Shown here one piece after another: positions 13,040 through 23,343 of a stretch of DNA of 64,000 bases. Position 1 is the stretch's first letter; each line of letters opens with the position of its first letter. A program made the translations under genes and the position numbers. Location: contig CBFDEM010000018.1 in assembly GCA_965603825.1 (NCBI GenBank), positions 558,001 to 622,000 of the forward strand. Reading direction: 5' to 3'. Source of the stretch: Blepharisma stoltei ATCC 30299 (lineage: Eukaryota > Protista > Ciliophora). The notes below the pieces were generated by a model. The model was given only the letters and a program-made list of their open reading frames with translations, did not search any database and was not told where the DNA came from.

Positions 13040-13627
13040 TTATTGATTTTTCTTAGAAGAAATGCCTAATTTTCTCATTTCTTTATTTTCTTGCTGTAAT
13101 GCTATATTTTCTTCTTTAAGGGAAGTATTTTGTTCTTCTAGCATTCTTATTTTAACTAAAAGTTCTGGAGGAATTTCATCTTTGCTTTTACTTTGATCCT
13201 GAGAGGCTTTTTCTTTTTCAGCTTCTTTCAATTTCTTTGCTTCTAAGTCCATTTTCCCTAAAAGGTCCATATAAGCAGTTTCAGTTGCTTTACTTTGTTT
13301 TTTAAGAAACTCTAAGTTCAGATTGGCTTTTTGAACTTCATCTAATAGACCTGCAAATGCTGAATTGTATGTAAACAGGATGAATAAAGAAAATAAAAGA
13401 ATTGCTTGGTAATGTCCAGTCCCAGACTGATAGATTGTGAAAATATAGTTGAGGTCCATCAATAATATCAACCCAAGTCCAATATTTTTGATTTGGCTTG
13501 GCAATACTTGAATAGCTTTTTTTGCAAAATTCAATCTAAATCTCAAGGCAACATATACCAATGTTTGTAGCACGACAAATGCGAGTCCAATAATTGAAAT
13601 CAAATCAGATGTATGAGTTAATGTCAT
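13040..13627 (-). CDS. BAP31/BAP29-like ER membrane protein
   Basis: Three N-terminal hydrophobic helices, LKKQSK coiled coil, C-terminal KKxx ER-retrieval motif (KKNQ). Confidence 0.6.
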   Translation of the reverse strand: MTLTHTSDLISIIGLAFVVLQTLVYVALRFRLNFAKKAIQVLPSQIKNIGLGLILLMDLNYIFTIYQSGTGHYQAILLFSLFILFTYNSAFAGLLDEVQKANLNLEFLKKQSKATETAYMDLLGKMDLEAKKLKEAEKEKASQDQSKSKDEIPPELLVKIRMLEEQNTSLKEENIALQQENKEMRKLGISSKKNQ

Positions 13628-13845
13628 TTAATTATTATATTGATATTTAATTAAATGTAAATTAATATTACAGTCATAAAATTTTATCAATTTATTCTTA
13701 TAGATTTAACTATTCATATAAGAATTAGCGTCTAGATATCTTATGTCATCCATAGATGCTAATATTAATGATGCTTGGAAAATTCAAATTTTAATGTTTA
13801 TTGAACATAAAACAATACACAAAAGGTTTAGTTAATAAAACGGAT

Positions 13846-16158
13846 ATGAAGAAATTTATATTTCTGCTGCTGGTTCTTGGCTCAACTTTTGGCAATGATA
13901 CCTCAGGCAGCATTTTAGACCAAATGGATTCCAGCACATCAGACGCAGAATACGAAGAAAAACTTGACAATTTAGAAGCAACTGAAACATTAGGCTCGAG
14001 CTCTGAAGCATCATTAGTGGACACATCACAAAGCGCAGACGATGCTTCAAACGGTCTCATCAGCGAACTGCTCGAAATGGGCGTAACCAATACTGAGATG
14101 TCATCAGAAAACGTTGACCTCCAATCTGAGTATGATTTGTTACAAGAACAATTAGCGGATGCAATTGGAAAAGCAAATACCTATAGAATTGACAAAGAAA
14201 TTAAGTCTAATATCCTCAATAGAGAGATTTCTTCTCTGGATAGTTATAATCATCAACTAAGGCAAGAAGAAATTGGACGTAGTGAAGAAGTGTCTGAAGC
14301 AAGTGACGATGACGATGATGAGTTAGATGAATTAGAGGTCTCTGGGACCATGATTTTCGTGATCGGTCTTGGGTTCTTATTCTTACTGCTCCATGGTGCA
14401 AGACTGGTGGTGGGGTATAATATTGACAATTTCTTGAGTCCTGCCTTGTACACACTATTTGTCGATATTAGCATTCTGCTCGTTATATGCACATTGACTG
14501 CTTTGGCTTCTTATTTTGAGATATTTGATGACGATTACTTGGACTATGAAATTATTATTGCTGGAATAGCTATTTTTACGTTCTTTTGGCTGGTTCTAGG
14601 GCTATGGTTTATCATTGCTGCTCAATCTTTTTCAACAACGTGGATTCGGCATGAGAAGGCTTGTCAGGATATGCGAGCCTTGACACAGATTTTCCAAGAC
14701 GCTCAGATTGATATGGATGGCTCTGCTGCAAAAAGAATGAATTCTATCATGAGAAGTTTCCACTACGCAATTATGAGACAGCTTTTTATATGCCCCACTT
14801 ATCTTCCACCTGTAACTGAGTCTTATTTAAGAACTGATTTTGATCTTTCAGAGTATCTCAGCAGAAGCTTGGCTAGCCTTTTAGAAGAAATTTTCCAGCT
14901 GACGTGGTTTGGGTATTCTTTAATCGTGATAGGGATCTTGATTTGGAGAGTGATTGTTACTGGAGACGACCAAGCTGAGTTTTTAGCTTTGTGGGCAATT
15001 CCTGCTGTGATTATTTTGATTTGTCTGATGATTCTGATAAAGCTCCGATCAATCTACTATAAGCTAGTGCCAGAACCAACTGATCAAATAATTTTGAATT
15101 TACCAAGAGACAACTTTGGCAGGTCACCTGAAATGAATGAGGACATTATTCCTAAGCCACAGTACCTCCGAGGCCATATTTACCCTAAGGACAGAGAGAT
15201 CAATTTTGTGAACTGTTGCTTTATCAAACTTCATCCTTTAAAACTGACATTTTCTTATATCTTCGCAGGATCTTTCCCAAATCGACACGAGCTGCTTTTT
15301 TGGTTTGACCGATACGGCGTTCCATTCATCATAGGGGTTCTTCAAGCGATTTCCATTATTTTGACGCTCTGGATAACAGTGATCATTTTATACTATGCGC
15401 CTGTGCTGCAAGACAACTGGGACTCACTCGGAATTCTTCTGATAGGAGCAGCCATAATTGTATATTTATTTATGGCCTGCTACCTTGTCCCTGAAGCTAT
15501 CCGCTATCTTACTTTGGCCAGCAAAATTGAAATGAAAAAGGACAGAAAAATTATTGAAGAGGTAATTCTGCATGAAAAGGTTGAAAAAGCAAAAATGGTT
15601 GTGAGGGTCTATAGGCAGTTCAAAATGATATATCGAGAAAGAGTTGAAGAAGCAAAAGGCCAGCTTGACGACAATATCAGAAGGTTCAGCAACGAGATTT
15701 TCTTTTTAATTGCTGACCCAGATACTAAAACAGTTTCAATTTCACAGCTAGAAGACCTCTTAAGCTTGTGTGGGGTTCGGCTCAATGAAGACGAATTAAG
15801 ACTCTTCGCTAAAGAGTGTGCACCTGTAAGTGCTATTTAGGATAATACAAATGAAATCAAGCTTTCTGGATTCCAACAGGCAATTGCAGTACTTTTGGCA
15901 AGTGCCGTTCTCAAGCCGCAGATTGTTGTGAGGGCCGTGCTGACTCAGTACTTCAAATCAGATAAGGGGGAAGTGGTGAAGGATATTACGTTGGAAGAAT
16001 TAAAGCAATTCTTTACAGATTTTGGGTGGCATTTTACGGATGAAGACGTTGAAGACTTCTTATGGGAAGCGAGGTTCTTGCTAGAAGATGTAGGATCGGC
16101 AAATATAGTGGAAATTGCTGGCTTCATAAGGAACAATGTTGAGTCTTTTCCGAAGTAA
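13846..16158 (+). CDS. MLO-like multi-pass membrane protein with signal peptide, acidic/coiled-coil N-terminal region and C-terminal EF-hand-like domain; intron 15826-15840
   Basis: About 7 TM segments. YAIMRQLFI, DFDLSEYLSRSLASLLEEIFQLTW and PNRHELLFWFDR resemble MLO YLTLRHGFI, FDFHKYIKRSLEDDF and PSDDLFWF. ORFs 13801 and 15895 are joined by a 15-nt intron. Confidence 0.7.
15826..15840 (+). other. 15-nt intron GTAAGTGCTATTTAG
   Basis: Removes an in-frame TAG; the frame continues into ORF 15895. Confidence 0.85.
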
Positions 16159-16277
16159 TATATTAATTTTAATTCTGATTTACTGCATATCATTTAATGG
16201 AGAAAGCAGAATGTAATTTCTTGTTACTAAACTATATTTTAAATTTAACATTATAAGAATTAATTATATTAAGCCAC

Positions 16278-19200
16278 TTAGTGCTTAAAAGTATGAATAA
16301 GATTGTCAATTCTTCTGAAAGTATTGTTGAGAGCGTTTTCAATTTCTTTAGTGAACTTATTATCAGCTTCCATTTCGGTAAGCTTCAAAGATAGCATTTC
16401 TCGCAAATAATTGATTTCATTCTTGCTTGGGAGCTCTAGAATTCCAGCAGAAATCATCATCAAGAACAGGTTAATAAGCCTCCTTCCATGCTTTCTTACA
16501 AGATTGTATGCTTTGCAGCAGTAATCCTTAAACAGCACAAACCCATCACTTTCTTTTCCACCCATAACATAGGCCATTTCTTCTGTCAGCACGAATTTAC
16601 TCCTTTCTCTTTTAATACCGAACTTTTGCTTAAAGTTTCCTAAAAAGTGACCGAAGTCTATGTGGAATAGGTGCCCAGTCTCAGTGAGCATGATATTGTC
16701 GTTATGCCTATCACCAATTCCAAGTATATAGGTAGCAACACAGTATCCAGCGCAGCTCCTTATGAAATTGTCAAATGATTTATCGTACTGGTCTTCTTTT
16801 GGGTTGTGCTCTTTGAGATACTCTTTCAAAGGTTGCTTTTTCAAGGCTCCTAAAGCGCCACCATATGATGTTTGGATGTCTGCTGTGGTTTTTGACTGTG
16901 GAACCACTTGGATGACGCCTGATTTGTCTGCAGTTGCCACCACTCTATAAGGTTTCATACGAAGATCCAAGCCATTTTCAAGCCAAATCATATCCATCAC
17001 CCTTATCATTTGCAAAGTAAGCACGTCTTGTCTTAAGTCGTCTCCATTCTTAAAGATGATGGGGATGTCGCCTGAGTTCATCTCAGAGTTAATAAGAGTA
17101 AGCCAAAGCGGCATTTTTTTTGAGCTCATGACTTTACTTTTATCTATTTTTATTCCTTTAGCTTCCATTGCAGAGTCAACAGGCTCAGTGAAATAATCGT
17201 CAATTCTGCTCATATTTTCTGATAAAAGCTTCCTTAAATATGCAATTCTTTCCGCATGAGTTTCTTTGTCTTTGATGGCAATGCTCATATAGCTGAATAA
17301 TTCTATCATATTAACTTCTTTGAATAAATCTTCTCTATATGACCCACAAAGCATCAAAAATTGTTCTAATATAAGCCCAAGCCTTTCACAAAGAGCTTTC
17401 ACATGTAATTGGCTCCGGAGCTCCCAAAAAAGCTCATGCCCTACAATGTAAGGGTTTTTTAAGGATCTTTCTATTAGAAGCTCACCAAGAGGACTATAGT
17501 GCTGTGACTCAAAGCATAAGGCTTGTGCCAGCTGAGGCATATAAAGTGCTAAATCGTCGTCTGGGAGCTGAGCAATTCTTCGGCATGCATAAAGTCTAAC
17601 ATTTTCATCAGGAAAATCTGCATTAAGAAGACTTAGTGCATCTTCTGGCTGCATCTGGCTCCAGTTTTCAAGCATCCTGTAAGCTTCTTTGACCTGCAGC
17701 GGCCGACTTCAGTTGACTGATTTCAAAAATAGTGGTAGAGCTAATGGAAGAGTTTTATAGTGGTCTCTACAAATAAAAAGTAGCCTTCTTTCTTCTTCAG
17801 TCAGCTCACTCAATGGGTCATGCAGCAGGACTTTTTCTAGGCTTGCAAGCTCTTCAATTTGTGGACGGGTTTCTAATAATTTCCCATCCTCTTCCTCATG
17901 CCCGTCATCTCCAAGATATCCACTGATCCCTGCATTATTATTCATGCTAGTTTTCGTTCTTGTTTGGCGATTTTTTGCAGCTATTGTAGACCTATACGGC
18001 CTTGATAACCTCCTATACACCTTTTTCATATAATTATAGTCCTTTAGACTCCAGGTTACTTCTGAAGTAATGAATTTTTCGAATTGAACATAAATTCTTG
18101 CATATTCCAAATTATTTTTCAACATCACATTAGACGGTCTTGGACCAGTGATTTCGGTGCTTATCCCATGGTATTCTTCCATACAAGCTAGCCTGTCCTC
18201 CACCCTATAAAATGGTCAAATATTAAGCGCTATTAGCCCAGTCCTCATCACTCCTCGCTCATCAAAGAGCGTTTTTATCGCACACCCCAGAAGAGCAGTT
18301 TCCCCACTATGCCCAACAGTATATATATTGATCCCCAGCCTCGTTTCCTTCGGCAGCTCTGATATTTTGATTTTCAAATCTACAAGTTGATAGAACCTTG
18401 AGTAGTACTGGAACGGATAAAATTTAATTTGCTTGTAGCATGAAGGTCTAAGAATTGAATCCCCATAAAGAAGCATTACTTCGAAGCTAAGTACATACGG
18501 AGTAAACGGAAGCCTAAATTGAGCTGAAAGATCTTGAGGAATATAGCAGGAAGGTCCATGATTTATGTGTGCAGATGAAGCCAAAGCTTGAAGTGCATTT
18601 CTTGACGACAGGCTGGTTCTTGAGCTTGACTTTTGTTTTCTGTTGAGGAGAGGAAGACTGGATTTCCTGAAATAGGAATTCGTGCTTCGGCTTCTTCCAC
18701 GGTTGCTTTTGTCTTTTCCTTTTTCTTTGGCTTTTGGCATGATTACATATGCAGGAGTGTCTTCTCCGTTTTTGACAGCGTTTCCTCAGAAGGCTTCTGT
18801 GTATAAGTTATAGATCCCTTCAAGCCCACATATTTTGACCCGAAAAGGCCACTCACATTCTCCTGTGAACATTTCTTTATTTGACGCTACCCCTTTCATT
18901 AGTTTTTCTGTGATTTCAGTTCTTACTTGTGTTGGATTCATTTTATTTAAATGAAAAATTCTCGGCATAGACAGGAAAGGCTTCTTCTGCACAAGCTTTT
19001 CAGGTTCATAAGGCAAAGGAGCTGGAGGATATCAAAACATAAGCGGATGCTTCCCGTGTTCTGCTTCCTCAGCGTAAGGTGGGAATTTGGATTCTCATTT
19101 TTTTGGGACTTCAGTTAGCGTTACACTGAGATACTCCAATCCTCTAAGAGCAATTCTAACTTGCCTGTACGCGAGCATTGGGTAGTTTCCAGTAAAGTAT

Positions 19201-19775
19201 TCTCTTCTTCCTTTTACTTTAAAAGTAAGTTGATGCAGCTGGCTCTTTGGTCTTAGTTTTATACGATGGTTTTTGTATACATGTCTTACCATATTTTTAA
19301 TAACTTCATTCGAGCACGTAACCAAGCTCGCCTTCACCCTTACCGTTTTTTCTGCCTTACTAAAAATAAAATTGGTGGTTTCATTATAAAGCCCTTCATC
19401 GTCTGAGTTTGGCGGAGAAAGCTCATCTTCATTGATATAATCGCCAATATCAACTAGTAGATTTATATCAGTGACATCTGCAAAGGCTGAGCTCAGCTCT
19501 CTACTTGTAATATAAGCAGGGTATGGATACGCATCCTGCTGCAATAAATAATTTCATAGTGCCCTTCTCCTATAATTTCAGCAGGCCTCTGACTCAAAAG
19601 TCCAGACTGAAATATCGAACCCTTTTAACGTCTCCAAGGTTTTTGCTTGGGCTTCGTAGCCTTCTTTGATGCTATCTGAAATTCCATTTTCATATGTAAC
19701 TTCGTGACTTTCAAGGTTGAGCCTATACACCAGCCTAGTCTGTGGGTCCACGCATATCAGAAATTTATGCTCCAT
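16278..19775 (-). CDS. Phosphatidylinositol 3-kinase, class I-like (RBD-like, C2, helical and kinase domains), 1165 aa
   Basis: Six track ORFs in one frame joined by 7 TGA codons (LNI-W-P, KSVN-W). SKKMPLWL, FKNGDDLRQD, ILGIGDRHNDNIM, HIDFGHFLG. Confidence 0.93.
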
Positions 19776-19790
19776 GTTTATAATTAAATT

Positions 19791-20129
19791 ATGGAAGAAG
19801 AGCTCTCACAAATCAGACTTGACGAGATAGTAAAAATCATCACTGGTGACGAGCAGGTGTTTTACATTGAAAAATGCTATGCAGACATGTCGTATAATAT
19901 GAAATGTGGGCTGAACTGTGTGAATATGGAGAGCATCAACAAAGAATTTAGGTTTCCCGATATCAGAGGTGAGGTCATGGAAAAAGTAATCCAGTATTTG
20001 CACTATAAGCTGAAGTACCAGCAGCTTTTGGACAGAGACGTAGTCAAAATGAACCAGGTCCCAAAGTTTGAGTTAGACCCAGAGCTTGCCTTGGACGTTT
20101 TAATAGCTGCTAACTATCTTCAATGTTAA
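19791..20129 (+). CDS. ELOC: Elongin C (Skp1/POZ family)
   Basis: FRFPDIRGEVMEKVIQYLHYK and FELDPELALDVLIAANYLQC match the Elongin C C-terminus. Confidence 0.8.
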   Translation: MEEELSQIRLDEIVKIITGDEQVFYIEKCYADMSYNMKCGLNCVNMESINKEFRFPDIRGEVMEKVIQYLHYKLKYQQLLDRDVVKMNQVPKFELDPELALDVLIAANYLQC

Positions 20130-20149
20130 GTAACTTAAAATAAGATAAA

Positions 20150-21274
20150 ATGGATGGGGAAGAGCAGGCAGTTATAGTGCTTGATATCGGCACAGGCGTC
20201 AGCAAGTGTGGATTTGCTGGAGATGATGCCCCGCGCAGCATTTTCAGAACAAAAGTGGGGAGGCCTCGAGTTCCTGGGATCATGGTGGGGATGGATCTGA
20301 GAGATGCCTATGTTGGCGGCGATGTGATGGACAGACGAGGACTATTGAACTTGACTTATCCAATGCAAAAGCGGCAAATTGAAGATTGGGAAGATATGAT
20401 TAAGGTCTGGCACCATGCCTTTTATAACGAGCTCAAGGTCGCACCTGAAGAGCACACAGTTCTTTTGTCTGAATCTCCACTTAACCCTCCGAAAAAGAAA
20501 GAAAAAACGATGGAAATTATGTTTGAAGAGTTCACAGTGCCTTCATTTTATACAAGTGCAAGCGCTACTCTTGGTCTCTTCGCAGCTGGCACTACAATAG
20601 GATTAGTTGTGGACAGTGGAGAAGGCGGAACCCATACAGTCCCAGTCTACGAAGGGTACAGCTGTGTCCATGCAATAAATTCTCTTAAATTCGCAGGTGG
20701 GGAGTTAACAAGCACGTTAAGGGGTCTTTTAGACGAAAGAGGTTACTCTTTTACAACTTTGAAAGAAATTGACGTGGTTAGAGACATTAAAGAGAAATTA
20801 TGCGCGATTAAAGAAAATTACAGTAGCGCTGCTGAAAGCGAAGAAGTGGCAGGGGAAGACGTGCTTTATGAGCTTCCAGACTCGCATACAATTCTGATCA
20901 AAGATGAAAGATTTAGAGCGCCTGAAGGACTGTTTAACCCAGGGATGTTTGGAATTGAGGACGATGGGATTCATCATAAGGTGTATCAGAGTGTGATGAA
21001 ATGCGATCAGGACATCAGGAAAGAAATGTACGACAATATTTTGCTAGTTGGAGGCACAACGCTAATCAAAGGACTTAAGGAAAGGCTAATTAAGGAACTT
21101 ATACCTTTAGCTCCTGTGGGGACCAAACCAAAGATCGTGGATCCACCAGAGAGGGAGTATACAGTGTGGATTGGAGGCTCAATTTTAGCATCTTTGAGTA
21201 GCTTCCAAAGGATGTGTATCACAAAGCAACAATATGAAGAACAAGGTTCTAGGATTATTCATATAAAATGCTAA
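20150..21274 (+). CDS. Actin-family protein (divergent actin paralog)
   Basis: KCGFAGDDAPR, FYNELKVAPEEH, VDSGEGGTHTVPVYEG, WIGGSILASL; 374 aa. Confidence 0.93.
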   Translation: MDGEEQAVIVLDIGTGVSKCGFAGDDAPRSIFRTKVGRPRVPGIMVGMDLRDAYVGGDVMDRRGLLNLTYPMQKRQIEDWEDMIKVWHHAFYNELKVAPEEHTVLLSESPLNPPKKKEKTMEIMFEEFTVPSFYTSASATLGLFAAGTTIGLVVDSGEGGTHTVPVYEGYSCVHAINSLKFAGGELTSTLRGLLDERGYSFTTLKEIDVVRDIKEKLCAIKENYSSAAESEEVAGEDVLYELPDSHTILIKDERFRAPEGLFNPGMFGIEDDGIHHKVYQSVMKCDQDIRKEMYDNILLVGGTTLIKGLKERLIKELIPLAPVGTKPKIVDPPEREYTVWIGGSILASLSSFQRMCITKQQYEEQGSRIIHIKC

Positions 21275-21334
21275 TTTAATCTAATTTCTGACTCTTGCTA
21301 TATGTTTTTTGAATTTTTTTTGAATTCATAAATA

Positions 21335-22354
21335 ATGTCAACCCAAGAGAGCTCCTTGGAAAATAAAATAAAAGAAGTCCTGTCCCAGTATGCCTGCTAT
21401 AACTGTGGAACACCTCTACACATTTCAGAGCACACTCCGTTGAGCACATTTTCAAGAGAAATGTATAGACAAGATTCAAATACTTCATGTGTAGGCAATG
21501 AAGAATCTGCTGATAAACTTACCATGCAAGCTCCAGGATATCCTTTTAGAGCTTTTAAGTCTAATGAAGATCAGCTGCATATTGAAATGATTCGTCCAGG
21601 AGGGATGGCTGGAGACACAGGCAATGAAAGTTATCGTACTTCAATTGACAGAAATGGAATAGGCAATATTGATGAAGGCTCAAACCAATATTATTCTCCA
21701 CGGTCAGCTTATACCCCTAGCACCCCTAGCACTGGGATTCTAATCCCTTTAGGAAATGGCGAAACTGTAATTTCGCATGGAGATGGGATCAAAAAATTCA
21801 GAACCAATATAGAAAATAATCGTTGGCTAAACGAAATAAAGCCTCCTGGATCTCCAAGTAAGGCTAGGAGTAAAATTTTACTCAAAAGTGCCACGCCTAG
21901 TGGCTTTCAAACAGCCCGAACACCAAGCACAGTGATAGTTCAAGTAAGAGAAAAAGATAAAAAGGCTCCTCAAACTGTAAGAAGTCTGAGCTCCCAAAAG
22001 CCAAGGAGAATTAAGGAGGTATCAAAAATGAATATCAGCTTAAAAGACCTTACCAAAATCGAGCCAAAATCAAGCTTCCGATCATCTCCACAGCCTTCTT
22101 CAAATAATTTATCTGTGAAAGCAAAAGTTCAGCAAATCAACCTAGTAGAAGAAATAAGAAAGAAAAAAGAAACTGAAGGACAGTCTAAAGGAAGCTCTTA
22201 TAGTGGCAAAATCTCACAATTGATGATACAAAATAGCAGAGTACGGAATCCTATATATCTGCAAGCTAAAATAGTGAAAACAGATAGTCAGATAAATATC
22301 TGAAGTGAAAAAAATTCTTTGTGTAGTACGCCAGTCGAGCAAATTAAGCAATAA
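21335..22354 (+). CDS. Hypothetical Ser/Pro/Lys-rich protein with N-terminal CxxC, 339 aa
   Basis: Long ORF; terminal TGA is read through to TAA at 22352-22354. Confidence 0.7.
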
Positions 22355-22712
22355 AGAGTCCTGTAAATCTGAGTAGGTTCAAAAATAATAATCATTTTTG
22401 CATATAAAATTTAATTTGGTTTATAATGATAAATTAAATAAATTAGTAAAATATTGTTCAAGTTGTTTTTAGGATTTTTTCTAGAGATGGGTAATCTCAG
22501 TTTAATACAGATGTCTTTTAGCATAGCGTTACATTAAAAATTCGATCTCAATAATCATAATAACTGCTTATTTAGTGTTAAGAAAATTTAGGTTGAAATT
22601 GATGTATTTTTAAAATAGTTTAGCTCTTTTACTTATTATATAAAAATTTACCATGTAAAAATATGTAAAATTGGTGAGCTTAAAGTTATACTATATATTT
22701 AATTATATAGAT

Positions 22713-23228
22713 ATGTTTCGTTCTTTTACGCTAGTGATAATTTTTGCTTTTCTCTCGTGCTCAGCAGTCACATTAGTATCATTTGAAAGTGTTGACATTG
22801 TAAGTGATGAGTCATGAACTGTTCAAGGCACAAATTATATGGGCAAAGCGGTTGAGGCATGGAATCATCCTCAATGAACTTCAATTTCTGGAGCAAAATG
22901 GATCTGGAAAAGCTTTTATGCTGAAGATCCGTGAAATGGAGAGACCTATATGTTCCAAAAGGAGTTCAGTATCAATGGGCTTCCTACTCAGTCTTCGCTC
23001 ACAATTGCAGCTGACGATAGCTTTGCACTTATTCTTAATGGAAACTTAGTAGCATCTTCTCAAAACTGAAATGAAGGGCAGGCTCAAACTTTTAATGTGC
23101 AAGGCAAATTATTGCAAGGTAGAAATACTGTGCAAGTCGTTGTAAGCAATTATGTTCGAGATGGGCATTCGCAGTTCAATACAGGTGGTCTTCTCTTTAA
23201 GCTAACTGTTACATGACTTAATATATAA
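22713..23228 (+). CDS. Secreted galactose-binding-fold / CBM67-like lectin, 171 aa (absent from ORF track)
   Basis: Frame open with 5 TGA=Trp: signal peptide MFRSFTLVIIFAFLSCSA, IVSDESW, GAKWIW, YMFQKEF, LTIAADDSFALILNG, LLQGRNTVQVVVSN, TGGLLFKL. Confidence 0.75.
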
Positions 23229-23343
23229 AAGTTATGATCTTCAAGAAATTTAATATCAAAAAAACATAAAATTGTCTATTTGTTTAAAGAAAAATACTTA
23301 AACTTTTATTTAAAAAAAAATACAAGCGTTTACAATAATCAAA

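Noticed and set aside
16278-19775. PI3K, CDPK, HECT and similar genes as pseudogenes or split genes
   Set aside because: Fragments are in one frame and separated only by TGA at conserved Trp positions; catalytic motifs are intact.
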